NCBI GenBank assembly: GCA_013285465.1
Contig: CP053449.1
Coordinates: forward strand, 1,445,540 to 1,509,539
DNA length: 64,000 nucleotides
Direction of reading: 5' to 3'
From: Pseudomonadota bacterium
GTDB taxonomy: Bacteria > Pseudomonadota > Alphaproteobacteria > Micavibrionales > CSBR16-224
Position numbers and translations under genes: made by a program. Positions 46,145-56,027 of this stretch are shown here, piece after piece (within the stretch, counting starts at the first letter, position 1; each line of letters begins with the position of its first letter). The notes under the pieces were generated by a model. The model saw only the letters and a program-made list of their open reading frames with translations. It was not told the origin of the DNA and did not search any database.

Positions 46145-47544
46145 GCTGCCTCTCTTCCCTCATTTTTGTGTTTGGTGTTTTTGCTGGTGGTTTCCGTCGT
46201 TACAACCGCGCCCGACAAGCTGTTTGCCAGAGCGGTTTCAATCATCACATCTGCAATCTGTCCCTGCAGACGATCATGCGCCGTCACATGAACGGATTGC
46301 ATATAAGGGGTTTTACCCAGCAACTGCCCGTCTTTCTGGCCTTTGCGGTCAAACAGTACCGGAAGCGTTTTGCCGACGGTAGAGAGGTTATAGTCCTTTT
46401 GTTGCGCATTCAGCAGCGCCTGCAATTCCTGAAGCCGCACATCTTTGATTTTCTCAGGAACAATACCGCCCATTTTCGCGCCGGGTGTGCCGGGGCGCGG
46501 GCTGTACTTAAAGGAGTAACAGAAGACATAGCCGATATCCTCGACCAGTTTCAGCGTGTCTTTATGATCGGCATCCGTTTCACCGGGGAAACCGACGATA
46601 AAATCGGAGCTCATCGCAATATCGGGGCGTGCCTTGCGCAGTTTCTCGATAATCGCACGGTAATCATCCGCCGTATGTTTGCGGTTCATCAGTTTCAGAA
46701 TATTGTCCGACCCGCTTTGCACGGGCAAATGCAGGAAGGGCATCAGAATATCCACTTCGCCATGTGCGGCGATCAGATCATCTTCCATATCGCGCGGATG
46801 CGAGGTTGTGTAACGCAGGCGGGCAAGCCCGTCGATCTCAGCCATTTCACGGATCAAACGTCCCAATCCCCATGTTTTGCCATCCGGCCCTTCGCCGTGA
46901 TAGGCATTCACATTCTGCCCCAGTAGCATCAACTCCTTTGTGCCAGATTTGACAAGCGCACGCGCCTCGGCAAGCACCTGCGCGGCAGGGCGAGAGAATT
47001 CCGCGCCGCGCGTATAAGGCACGACACAGAAGGTGCAGAACTTATCACAGCCTTCCTGAACGGATAAAAAGGCAGATACGCCCTGCGTGTTGCCCTCTTC
47101 GGGAAGAGAATCAAATTTCGATTCCATCGGAAATTCGGTATTGACGATACGGTTTGCGCCGTAAGCGCCCGTTGCCTTTGCCACCATTTCCGGCAATTCG
47201 TGATAGGTTTGCGGACCGAACACCATATCAACATAAGGGGCGCGATCCATGATGACATCGCCTTCAGCCTGCGCGACACAGCCCGCAACAGCAATCAGCG
47301 TTTCATCGCCTTTTTCGGCGCGTTGTTTTTTGAATTTATTCAGGCGACCCAGTTCGGAAAAGACTTTTTCCGTCGCCTTCTCGCGGATATGGCAGGTATT
47401 CAGAATCACCATATCGGCATTTTCGGGGGAATCCACAGTCTCGTAGCCCAGCGGCAAAAGCACGTCAGACATCTTGACACTGTCATAGACATTCATCTGA
47501 CAGCCCCAGGTCTTGATAAACAGCTTCTTCTGCTTTTCAGCCAT
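46141..47544 (-). CDS. miaB: tRNA (N6-isopentenyl adenosine(37)-C2)-methylthiotransferase MiaB
   Basis: 467-aa ORF with N-terminal [11 protein letters not shown], the radical-SAM [15 protein letters not shown] motif and a C-terminal TRAM region. Confidence 0.95.
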   Translation of the reverse strand: MAEKQKKLFIKTWGCQMNVYDSVKMSDVLLPLGYETVDSPENADMVILNTCHIREKATEKVFSELGRLNKFKKQRAEKGDETLIAVAGCVAQAEGDVIMDRAPYVDMVFGPQTYHELPEMVAKATGAYGANRIVNTEFPMESKFDSLPEEGNTQGVSAFLSVQEGCDKFCTFCVVPYTRGAEFSRPAAQVLAEARALVKSGTKELMLLGQNVNAYHGEGPDGKTWGLGRLIREMAEIDGLARLRYTTSHPRDMEDDLIAAHGEVDILMPFLHLPVQSGSDNILKLMNRKHTADDYRAIIEKLRKARPDIAMSSDFIVGFPGETDADHKDTLKLVEDIGYVFCYSFKYSPRPGTPGAKMGGIVPEKIKDVRLQELQALLNAQQKDYNLSTVGKTLPVLFDRKGQKDGQLLGKTPYMQSVHVTAHDRLQGQIADVMIETALANSLSGAVVTTETTSKNTKHKNEGREAA

Positions 47545-47623
47545 TTTGTTGATACCCCGCTTTTTACATGTTGCAATATTACATATTCATTATCAAAAAA
47601 GCAAGTTTTTTATACGAAAAATA

Positions 47624-47652
47624 TTGACATATGGAATAATATTTGTCATATT
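47624..47652 (+). promoter_or_regulatory. sigma70-type promoter candidate for the 47735 ANK pair
   Basis: TTGACA (47624..47629), a 17-nt spacer, then CATATT (47647..47652). A perfect TATAAT also occurs at 47669..47674 without a well-spaced -35. Confidence 0.3.
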
Positions 47653-47734
47653 CCAACATACCAAAGCGTATAATTATGCCTTGCGATTTTGCACGATGCA
47701 TTAATGCCGACAAACAAAGCGGAAAGACACTAAA

Positions 47735-48283
47735 ATGTCAAGCACTCCCCCGACAAGCACCCCATTGGGACAAATGCTGATTGCAGCCGTTGAAGACGGC
47801 GGGAGATTGTGGGAGATCAAAAACCTGATTGATGACGGTGCGCCGCTGAACGAAACAGACACCAAGGGTGATACGGCACTCATCAAAGCCGCTGCCAAAA
47901 ATGATTTTGAGCTGGTCGAGATTTTGTTGAATGCCGGATGCAGTCCGGACACGCCCGACCGCGACGGTAATACCCCGCTGATCCGTACCATTGAGATTAT
48001 CAAAGATGAAAGCAGCGCGCTGAATATTATCTGCGCCTTGATTGACCGCAATGCCGATGTGCTGGCAGTGAATGATCAGGGACATGATGTTATGTATTAC
48101 GCGGATAAATGGAAGGACTTTCATATCGGCATTCATTCTTTTCTGCGCAGCTATTCCAGTAGTATCGCCGCCGACCGCGACACAGCCGATACCGCGTCCG
48201 CCGCCCCCAAGGAACAAAAGCCCGCTTTTGGTGCGCGTCACACGAATTTAAGACAATATATCAAAAGAGGAATGAAAAAATGA
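47735..48283 (+). CDS. ankyrin-repeat protein with LRxYI C-terminal tail
   Basis: 182-aa ORF with ANK repeats (GDTALIKAAAKNDFELVEILLNAGCSPD, GNTPLIRTI...). Ends ..FGARHTNLRQYIKRGMKK. Confidence 0.85.
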   Translation: MSSTPPTSTPLGQMLIAAVEDGGRLWEIKNLIDDGAPLNETDTKGDTALIKAAAKNDFELVEILLNAGCSPDTPDRDGNTPLIRTIEIIKDESSALNIICALIDRNADVLAVNDQGHDVMYYADKWKDFHIGIHSFLRSYSSSIAADRDTADTASAAPKEQKPAFGARHTNLRQYIKRGMKK

Positions 48284-48816
48284 GCACACGCGATCTTGAT
48301 AATGAGTTGCTGGGCGCCATCAAAGATGCCGATTTTGCCAAAATGCAGCAATTACTGGAATGGGGTGCAAATCCCGATGCTGCTGATATGCTGGGTGACA
48401 CCGCGCTGATCTGGGCTGTGCGTGCCCCGATGTTTGCCGATGAGTATGATATGGATGAATTAACCGCTCGCCGTAGTTTCGCTGTCGAAGCTGTCAGACT
48501 GCTGCTGGAAAAAGGCGCAGATATCGACAAACCCAATAACCTGGGGCGCAGCGCCGCTTTTCAGGCCATCATGGACAAAAACATGGCACTGCTGACGGTT
48601 TTTGTCCAGCATGATGCCTCAATGCTGCTGAAAGATACGGCCGGGAATTCCATGGCCCGTTATGCAGAGCTGAGCAATGATGATGCCGTGCTGGAATGCG
48701 TTGAAAAAACCGCAAAGGCACAAATACAGGCTGCAGCATTACGCGCGGAAAAAGTCGAAGCCGTAAAAACGCGCCAGCAAAGCCTGCGCAGCTTTGTCCG
48801 TACACGGAAGATGTAA
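48280..48816 (+). CDS. ankyrin-repeat protein with LRxFV C-terminal tail
   Basis: 178-aa ORF with an ATGA overlap to the upstream ANK gene and an AGAGGA SD. ANK repeats present (GDTALIWAV..., VRLLLEKGADIDKPNNLGRSAAFQAI). Ends ..VKTRQQSLRSFVRTRKM. Confidence 0.85.
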   Translation: MSTRDLDNELLGAIKDADFAKMQQLLEWGANPDAADMLGDTALIWAVRAPMFADEYDMDELTARRSFAVEAVRLLLEKGADIDKPNNLGRSAAFQAIMDKNMALLTVFVQHDASMLLKDTAGNSMARYAELSNDDAVLECVEKTAKAQIQAAALRAEKVEAVKTRQQSLRSFVRTRKM

Positions 48817-48830
48817 TATTTCTTGAAGCA

Positions 48831-50174
48831 CTATTCTGTCGCGAGACACTCGTTTTCGAGCCAGTGAATATCAAAATCACCGTTGCGGAAATCCTCGTGC
48901 TGTAAAATGCGTGCATGCAGCGGCAGATTGGTCTCAATTCCGGCAATCACGCATTCTTTCAAGGCGCGGTGCATCCGCATCAAGCATTCTTCACGACTAG
49001 TACCGCGAATAATCATTTTCGCAATCAGGCTGTCGTAATAGGGCGGCACTTTATAACCTTCATAAACCGCACTGTCGATCCGCACGCCCAGCCCGCCCGG
49101 CGGGTGATATTTGGTAATGCGTCCCGGTGACGGGATAAAGGTTTCAGGATGTTCCGCATTAATCCGGCATTCAAAAGCATGACCGCGGAAGGTAATATCC
49201 TCCTGCTTGAAAGACAGCGGCAATCCTGCCGCAACGCGAATCTGTTCGCGAACCAGATCAATGCCTGTAATAATCTCGGTAATCGGATGTTCCACTTGCA
49301 GACGGGTATTCATTTCAAGGAAATAGAACTGCCCGTCTTCATACAGAAACTCAATCGTGCCGACCCCGCGATAGCCCATACGGCGCACCGTATCTGCCGC
49401 CAGCTCACCGATTGCTTTGCGCTGTGATTCCGTTAGTGCGGGAGACGGCGCTTCTTCGATCACTTTCTGGTGATTGCGCTGAATGGAGCAATCACGCTCG
49501 CCCAGATGGATGGCATTGCCGTGCATATCGCCGATGACCTGAATCTCAATATGACGCGGCGCTTTCAGGAATTTTTCGATATAAACGTCACCATTGCCGA
49601 AGGCGGCTTTCGCCTCGCTGGACGCCATTTTAAAAGCGTTTTCAAATTCTTCCTCCGTCGGGGCGACTTTCATCCCCTTCCCGCCGCCGCCGGCAACCGC
49701 CTTAACCAGTACGGGAAAACCCATTTTCTTGGCAACGGCTTTTGCCTCGGCAATATCACGGATCACGCCGTCAGAGCCGGGAATGACCGGCAGGCCGAGC
49801 TCCGCCACCGTCTTTTTCGCAACGGCTTTATCGCCCATCTGTTCAATATGCTCGGGCGTCGGGCCGATAAAGGTAAAACCGTGCTCTTCCACCATGCGGG
49901 CGAATTCCGCATTCTCGGACAAAAATCCGATGCCGGGATGAATCGCATCCGCATTGGTCAGAGACGCCGCCGTCAGAATCGCCGGAATATTCAGATAGCT
50001 TTCACGGGCAGGCGGTGCTCCGATACAAACGCTTTCATCAGCAAGACGCACCGCCATACTGTCCGCATCCGCCGTCGAATGAACGACAACGGTTTCAATC
50101 CCCATTTCGCAACAGGCACGGTGGATACGCAGGGCGATTTCTCCACGATTGGCGATCAGAACTTTTTTGAACAT
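48831..50174 (-). CDS. accC: acetyl-CoA carboxylase biotin carboxylase subunit
   Basis: MFKKVLIANRGEIALRIHRAC... with ATP-grasp blocks. ATG 50174 matches the usual AccC N-terminus. The track ORF extends to ATG 50228, which cannot be excluded. Confidence 0.93.
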   Translation of the reverse strand: MFKKVLIANRGEIALRIHRACCEMGIETVVVHSTADADSMAVRLADESVCIGAPPARESYLNIPAILTAASLTNADAIHPGIGFLSENAEFARMVEEHGFTFIGPTPEHIEQMGDKAVAKKTVAELGLPVIPGSDGVIRDIAEAKAVAKKMGFPVLVKAVAGGGGKGMKVAPTEEEFENAFKMASSEAKAAFGNGDVYIEKFLKAPRHIEIQVIGDMHGNAIHLGERDCSIQRNHQKVIEEAPSPALTESQRKAIGELAADTVRRMGYRGVGTIEFLYEDGQFYFLEMNTRLQVEHPITEIITGIDLVREQIRVAAGLPLSFKQEDITFRGHAFECRINAEHPETFIPSPGRITKYHPPGGLGVRIDSAVYEGYKVPPYYDSLIAKMIIRGTSREECLMRMHRALKECVIAGIETNLPLHARILQHEDFRNGDFDIHWLENECLATE

Positions 50175-50243
50175 TACAGGATTTACCTTGCAAGAAACGC
50201 TTTTTTCGACATGTTTGGCGACTGCCATAATACACCCGTTCGC

Positions 50244-50693
50244 TTATTCGATCACCATCAGCACTTCGTCGAATTCGACGGGCTGGGCATTTTCGATCAA
50301 CACCTGTACCAGTTTTCCTGATTTCGGCGCTTTCATCGGGTTCATAACTTTCATCGCCTCAATAATCATCAGCGTATCGCCTTCTTTCACCGCGTCACCG
50401 ATCCGCGCAAAAGACGGCGCACCGGGTTCCGGCTGGAGATAAACCGTGCCGACCATCGGCGATTTGATCGCGCCGGGATGATTGTCAAAACCCGCAGGCG
50501 CGGCCTCAACCAGTTGCGGCGCAGCCGTATTCGCCGCAGCAGGCGCGCCCGCAACAACAGACTGCACAGCCTGGCCGCGCGTCACGCGCAGGCTTTTATC
50601 GCCTTCGCAGACCTCAATTTCGGTCAGGCCGGTTTCATCCAGCAGTTCCGCCAGTGAACGGATCGTGTCGCTGTCAATCTTCATCGGTGCCAT
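50244..50693 (-). CDS. accB: acetyl-CoA carboxylase biotin carboxyl carrier protein
   Basis: 149-aa ORF with an Ala/Pro-rich linker and the biotinylation motif IIEAMKVMNPM. Confidence 0.94.
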   Translation of the reverse strand: MAPMKIDSDTIRSLAELLDETGLTEIEVCEGDKSLRVTRGQAVQSVVAGAPAAANTAAPQLVEAAPAGFDNHPGAIKSPMVGTVYLQPEPGAPSFARIGDAVKEGDTLMIIEAMKVMNPMKAPKSGKLVQVLIENAQPVEFDEVLMVIE

Positions 50694-50730
50694 TCAAGCT
50701 GCTCCTTGAAAAAGTTTTTTCTTATAATTT

Positions 50731-51177
50731 TTAAGCTCTCTGTTCTAACAGATTTTTGGCTGCATGCAACGCCAAAACATAACTATTTGATCCAAAACCA
50801 CAAATCACACCCGCCGCCAAAGACGAGATATAAGAATGGTGACGAAAGGATTCGCGTTTGTGAATATTCGACAGGTGAACTTCGATCACCGGAACCGTCA
50901 ACATTGCCAGTGCATCGGCAATCGCAACGGAAGTGTGCGTATAGGCTGCGGCATTGATAATCAGCGCATCACAGCCGCCTTCCAGCAGGTTCTGGATTTT
51001 TGTGACGATCTCTCCCTCACCGTTTGACTGGAAAAAAGAAACGGACAGACCAAGGGATTCGCCCTCATTTTGACAAAGCGCCTCGATATCAGCCAGCGTC
51101 TCATGCCCGTAGATGTCAGGCTCGCGCTTACCGAGCATATTCAGATTGGGGCCGTTGATTACACAAATCTTTTGCAC
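50731..51177 (-). CDS. aroQ: type II 3-dehydroquinate dehydratase
   Basis: 148-aa ORF: [21 protein letters not shown]; [15 protein letters not shown]. Forms the conserved aroQ-accB-accC order. Confidence 0.94.
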   Translation of the reverse strand: MQKICVINGPNLNMLGKREPDIYGHETLADIEALCQNEGESLGLSVSFFQSNGEGEIVTKIQNLLEGGCDALIINAAAYTHTSVAIADALAMLTVPVIEVHLSNIHKRESFRHHSYISSLAAGVICGFGSNSYVLALHAAKNLLEQRA

Positions 51178-51273
51178 GTTTTTTCCCTTTTTTGCTGGAA
51201 CAAACTCTGTTTATAGCATAAAACAAGAGAAAGTAAAAACAGGTTAACACACGAACAGAATTAAGTATTTCAA

Positions 51274-52119
51274 ATGAAAAAGCTTCAGCAACTTATTGAA
51301 AACGGTTGGGAAATTCGCAGTCAAATTTCTCAGGAAACCCATGCGGAAATTGACGAAGCCGTCATTGAAGTCCTCGGACGGCTTGACAGCGGTGAGCTGC
51401 GCATCGCCACCCGGAACCCGGATGCCCCGCATGGTTGGCGCGTCCATGAATGGTTAAAAAAAGCAGTGCTGCTGTCTTTTCGCCTGAATGACAATATGCC
51501 GATTGACGGCGGCCCGAACGGCAGCACATGGTATGACAAAGTGCCATCGAAATTCACCGATTGGGATGAGGCGATGTTTGCGGAATCCGGCATCCGTGCC
51601 GTACCGAACTGCACCGTGCGCCATTCCGCCTATATCGCGCCGAATGTCGTGTTGATGCCCAGCTTTGTCAATCTCGGCGCCTATGTTGACAGCGGTACGA
51701 TGGTTGATACATGGGCCACGATCGGCACCTGCGCCCAGATCGGCAAGGACTGCCACATCTCCGGCGGCACGGGAATCGGCGGTGTGCTGGAACCTTTGCA
51801 GGCCGCACCTGTCATTATCGAGGATAATTGCTTTATCGGCGCACGCTCCGAAGTTGCCGAAGGCGTGATTATCGGAACCGGCAGCGTCTTGTCCATGGGC
51901 GTCTTTATCGGCGCCTCCACAAAAATCATCGACCGCAATACGGGTGAGGTTTTCATGGGGCATGTGCCGCCCTATTCCGTTGTGGTGCCGGGATCGCTTC
52001 CGGGAAAACCCTTGCCCAACGGCACACACGGTCCCAGCCTTTACTGCGCCGTGATCGTCAAACGCGTTGATGAAAAAACCCGCTCAAAGACATCGATCAA
52101 TGAACTCCTCCGCGCTTGA
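51274..52119 (+). CDS. dapD: 2,3,4,5-tetrahydropyridine-2,6-dicarboxylate N-succinyltransferase
   Basis: 281-aa ORF with hexapeptide-repeat left-handed beta-helix sequence and a DapD-type N-terminal domain. Confidence 0.92.
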   Translation: MKKLQQLIENGWEIRSQISQETHAEIDEAVIEVLGRLDSGELRIATRNPDAPHGWRVHEWLKKAVLLSFRLNDNMPIDGGPNGSTWYDKVPSKFTDWDEAMFAESGIRAVPNCTVRHSAYIAPNVVLMPSFVNLGAYVDSGTMVDTWATIGTCAQIGKDCHISGGTGIGGVLEPLQAAPVIIEDNCFIGARSEVAEGVIIGTGSVLSMGVFIGASTKIIDRNTGEVFMGHVPPYSVVVPGSLPGKPLPNGTHGPSLYCAVIVKRVDEKTRSKTSINELLRA

Positions 52120-53260
52120 TTCCACAGATCCCGTTGCCGTTGCACAGGCTTTAATCCGCTGCCCCAGCGTTACTCCCGCCGAAGGCGGTGCGCTGGATGT
52201 GCTGGAAAATATCCTGACATCGCTGGGCTTTACCTGCACCCGTTTGCCTTTTACCGAAGACGGCACACCGGATGTCGATAATTTGTACGCCGAATGGGGC
52301 AACGGCAAGCCGCATTTCTGCTTTGCCGGACATACCGATGTTGTCCCGCCCGGCGATGCGGAAAGCTGGCAGCACGATCCTTTCGATGCTGTCATTGCCG
52401 ATGACAAGCTTTACGGTCGCGGTGCCTCCGACATGAAGGGCGGCATCGCCGCATTTGTTGCCGCCGCCGCGGAATTCATCGCCGCGCAGGACGGTCAGAC
52501 ATCCGGAAAAATCAGCTTGCTGATCACAGGCGATGAAGAAGGCCCCGCCTTAAACGGCACAAAGAAAATGCTGCAATGGCTTGAATCAAAAAATAAAATT
52601 CCCGACCATTGCCTTGTCGGAGAGCCGACCAACCCGACCACGCTCGGCGAAATGATGAAAGTCGGGCGGCGCGGCAGCATGACAGGACGGCTCAGCGTGC
52701 AAGGTACGCAAGGCCATGTCGCCTATCCGCATCTGGCGGATAATCCCGTGCCGAAGCTTATCAAACTGCTCTCCGCGCTGGATGTATTGATATTGGATGA
52801 AGGCTCGGAATTCTTTCAGCCTTCCAATCTGGAAATCGTCACGATTGATGTCGGCAATCCCGCCGATAACGTCATCCCCGAAAAGGCGACAGCAAAATTC
52901 AACATCCGCTTTAACGATCTGCACAGCGGCGAATCGCTGACAAAATTGCTGCATGATACGTTAACCGCAACAGATATCCCCTATCAGCTGGATATCTCGA
53001 TCAGCGGCGAAAGCTTTCTGACCGGAGAAAACAGCCTGACCGCCATTATCGCCGAAGCTGCGAATGAAACCACAGGAAATACACCGGAGAAAAGCACCAC
53101 AGGCGGCACATCCGATGCGCGCTTCATTGCCAATTACTGTCCTGTCATCGAATTCGGTGCCGTCGGCGAGAGCATGCATAAAATTGATGAACATATCCGC
53201 CTGCAGGATTTGCGCAATCTCAAATCCATCTATCTCAATATTTTGCATAAGTACTTTTAG
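52100..53260 (+). CDS. dapE: succinyl-diaminopimelate desuccinylase
   Basis: M20 peptidase pattern: [21 protein letters not shown], and C-terminal GGTSDARF. The start is probably ATG 52100 ([12 protein letters not shown]), overlapping dapD by 20 nt. Confidence 0.9.
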   Translation: MNSSALDSTDPVAVAQALIRCPSVTPAEGGALDVLENILTSLGFTCTRLPFTEDGTPDVDNLYAEWGNGKPHFCFAGHTDVVPPGDAESWQHDPFDAVIADDKLYGRGASDMKGGIAAFVAAAAEFIAAQDGQTSGKISLLITGDEEGPALNGTKKMLQWLESKNKIPDHCLVGEPTNPTTLGEMMKVGRRGSMTGRLSVQGTQGHVAYPHLADNPVPKLIKLLSALDVLILDEGSEFFQPSNLEIVTIDVGNPADNVIPEKATAKFNIRFNDLHSGESLTKLLHDTLTATDIPYQLDISISGESFLTGENSLTAIIAEAANETTGNTPEKSTTGGTSDARFIANYCPVIEFGAVGESMHKIDEHIRLQDLRNLKSIYLNILHKYF

Positions 53261-53431
53261 TTTACATACACCAATAAGCATCCCATAAAATTAGACATTT
53301 TGTGTCTTTTTTTCATTAGCGCTGTTGACATGAAAAATAATTATGGTCAAGAATGAATGTCCGGAAATTTACGGCATCCGGAATATTTAACAATATTCAA
53401 ATTGTTTGATAGAGGTAATGGAGCAGTTAAC

Positions 53432-55009
53432 ATGGCAAAACCGGCGCATAATTACAATGATAAGTTACAGGACCGCAAGGTGCTGGTCGAATGGTTCAAA
53501 CAGGGCTGCGCGGCAAAAGAAGATCTTGTCATCGGCGCAGAGCATGAAAAAATCATTTTTTACAAAGATGATTACGCCATTGTTCCCTATGAAGGCAAGG
53601 ACGGCAAGCCCGGCATTAAAGACTTGCTGGAGCATCTGCGCGACCACCATGACTGGACGCCGTTCTATGAGGATGACAACCTGATCCGTCTTGAGAAAAA
53701 CGGGGCCAGCGTGACATTGGAGCCCGGCGGACAGATCGAATTGTCAGGTGCCGCCCTCCATAATTTGCATGAAGTCGCAAATGAGACAAAAAACCATTTC
53801 AGCGAATTGCTGGAAGCTTGCGAAGCCAACGGCATGGACGTGCTGGGTCTGGGCTATCACCCGACAATGACGCTGGATGACGCACCTTTAATGCCGATGT
53901 CCCGCTTCCAGACATTTTACAATTTCTTCAAATCCAACCATTTCGAAACAGCGCGCAAACTGATGGTCGCGACCAGTTCGACACAGGTCAATCTCGGCTA
54001 TAGCAGCGAAGACGACATGGTCAAGAAACTGCGCGTCGGCCTGTCCCTGCAGCCCATCGCTTCCGCGATTTTTGCCAACTCCCCTTTTGAAGACGGCAAA
54101 CTCTCCGACAGCGCCAGCACCCGCAGCCGCATCACTCATAATGCTGCCGACGGGCGCTACGGCTTTATGATGCCGGTCGCCTTCGAAGATGATTTCGGTT
54201 TTGAACGCTATACGGATTTCATATTGAACGAAATGCCGGTCTTTGGTATCTATCACAATGACCATTTCATGTGGATTGAGAAACCCGTCTCCTTCATGGA
54301 TTGTGTCAATGGCCCCATTCCCGGCCTTGAAGAGCAGCATGACATGACTCTCAATGACTGGTTCAACCATATCAACACAATCTGGCCCGAAGTGCGTATG
54401 CGCCAATGGCTGGAGATGCGCGGCTGTGATGTCGGCTCGTCGGAAGATATGATCAATGCCCTGCCCGCTTTCTGGGTCGGTCTGCTCTATGATGACGAAG
54501 CGCTGGACAAGGCCTATGATTTGATTAAGGACTGGACGGCGGAAGATCGTGAATTTCTGCGTACCCGCACACCGGAAGACGGATTGCAAACCCCGTTCAA
54601 AGGCGGCACGGTACAGGATATCGCAAAAAAACTCGTCGAACTGGCCGAGCTGGGCCTGCGTAACCGCAATATCCAGAACGAGGACGGCGTGCATGAAGGT
54701 GTCTATCTGAAACCGCTGCGCGACATTGTCGATACCGGCCTGACACAATCCGATGTCATGAAGAAAAAATACGAAAATGAATGGGACAAGGATATCAGCC
54801 ATGTCTTCAATGAGTTTTCTTTTGGAGCGCATCAGCGCAAACATGCGCGGGAAATGATGGCAGGCGCAGACCGCGCCGCCGCTTCCAAAACCTGCCCGGG
54901 AGCAGACCGCAAGGACTGGAAAAAAGCCGCGGAAAAACGCGCAGATAATGAAAACAAACAAATGCCGCCGCGCAGACCGCCGCAGAGCGGTGCCCGCACG
55001 GGCAAATAA
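53432..55009 (+). CDS. gshA: glutamate--cysteine ligase, plant/alphaproteobacterial type (GCS2), with 61-aa basic C-terminal extension
   Basis: ORF 53357..55009 trimmed to ATG 53432 (GAGGTAATGGAG upstream). Sequence blocks GAEHEKIIF and VTLEPGGQIELSGA. The canonical end ..DISHVFNEFSF is followed by an extra tail. Confidence 0.88.
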   Translation: MAKPAHNYNDKLQDRKVLVEWFKQGCAAKEDLVIGAEHEKIIFYKDDYAIVPYEGKDGKPGIKDLLEHLRDHHDWTPFYEDDNLIRLEKNGASVTLEPGGQIELSGAALHNLHEVANETKNHFSELLEACEANGMDVLGLGYHPTMTLDDAPLMPMSRFQTFYNFFKSNHFETARKLMVATSSTQVNLGYSSEDDMVKKLRVGLSLQPIASAIFANSPFEDGKLSDSASTRSRITHNAADGRYGFMMPVAFEDDFGFERYTDFILNEMPVFGIYHNDHFMWIEKPVSFMDCVNGPIPGLEEQHDMTLNDWFNHINTIWPEVRMRQWLEMRGCDVGSSEDMINALPAFWVGLLYDDEALDKAYDLIKDWTAEDREFLRTRTPEDGLQTPFKGGTVQDIAKKLVELAELGLRNRNIQNEDGVHEGVYLKPLRDIVDTGLTQSDVMKKKYENEWDKDISHVFNEFSFGAHQRKHAREMMAGADRAAASKTCPGADRKDWKKAAEKRADNENKQMPPRRPPQSGARTGK

Positions 55010-55196
55010 AGCCCGCCGGATATCACGGCAAACACGAACATAAAGGGCGGTACCTATCCGGTTCCGCCCTTCTTATATTTCCGTGTTTTTCTTTTTATGC
55101 TGTTTTTTGCCCTAGTGTTTGCTTTTGCTTGAATAAAACAGGAGGCCGCCGTAAGATAATTGCGAGAGACCGTAAAGCACAGGCAGGGCGACGTCC

Positions 55197-56027
55197 ATGA
55201 CAGACAGCAAGTTAAGTGAAGAAAAAATCAGCGAAACAGCTGACGAAGCGGCAACGGATGCCCCGGCGGAAGAAGAGCTTCCCCTCTCTTTTTGCCATGC
55301 CTGCATGACTCCGTTCGAGGATTATTATTACCTCGGTGAAAAATACGGCTTTACGCTTGTCGGTTGCCTGAAATGCGGCAGCGCGGTTGCCGACCCCTAC
55401 CCCACTGCCGAATTCATGGAGAAATTCCATGAAAAATATAATGAAAAACTTGTGCCGCCAAGCAATCCCGAGCGGGAAAACAAGCGCTATGAAAAACGTA
55501 TTCGCACCTTGACCGCCCTGACCAAGGGAACGGATTTTTTGGCTGTCGGATGCGGTTTCGGCTATTCCGTGATTGCCGCCGCTTCGCTTGATCTTGAAGC
55601 CTTCGGCATTGATACGCGCGAACAGCCGATCAAAACGGCAAAGAAAAACCTTAGCAAAGATCATTTCGAACAGACCACGCTTGAAAAATACGCCAAAAAG
55701 GGCAAGCAGGCTGATATTGTCTATATCGAACACGGGCTTGAACAGTCCGTCGACCCGAATGCCTTTATTGAGGCGTTGAAAAAAGTACTGAAACCCGGCG
55801 GTGTGGTTTACCTGGAAACACCGGATGGCAATCATTTTACGATCCCGTCAAATTTTGCACGCTGGAAAGTTGTTACCCCGCCTGCGGTTCTGCATTATTT
55901 TTCCCGCAAAGGTATCGAAGCGCTGCTGGACCGTCACGGGTTGAAAGTCGAAAAATTCTTTTTCAGCCTCCGCCCGCGTATGCGGCTGATTGCCAAAGCC
56001 GCGTCTAAAAAAGCGGATAAAAAATAA
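55197..56027 (+). CDS. class I SAM-dependent methyltransferase with N-terminal Cys4 zinc-ribbon-like motif
   Basis: 276-aa ORF with CHAC...CLKC near the N-terminus, SAM motif I FLAVGCGFGYS and post-I/II motifs. Confidence 0.78.
   Translation: MTDSKLSEEKISETADEAATDAPAEEELPLSFCHACMTPFEDYYYLGEKYGFTLVGCLKCGSAVADPYPTAEFMEKFHEKYNEKLVPPSNPERENKRYEKRIRTLTALTKGTDFLAVGCGFGYSVIAAASLDLEAFGIDTREQPIKTAKKNLSKDHFEQTTLEKYAKKGKQADIVYIEHGLEQSVDPNAFIEALKKVLKPGGVVYLETPDGNHFTIPSNFARWKVVTPPAVLHYFSRKGIEALLDRHGLKVEKFFFSLRPRMRLIAKAASKKADKK

Noticed and set aside
55112-55198. 28-aa hydrophobic minus-strand peptide (MDVALPVLYGLSQLSYGGLLFYSSKSKH) overlapping the methyltransferase start
   Set aside because: It has no SD or promoter evidence, lies in the gshA terminator/methyltransferase promoter spacer, and is too short to support.
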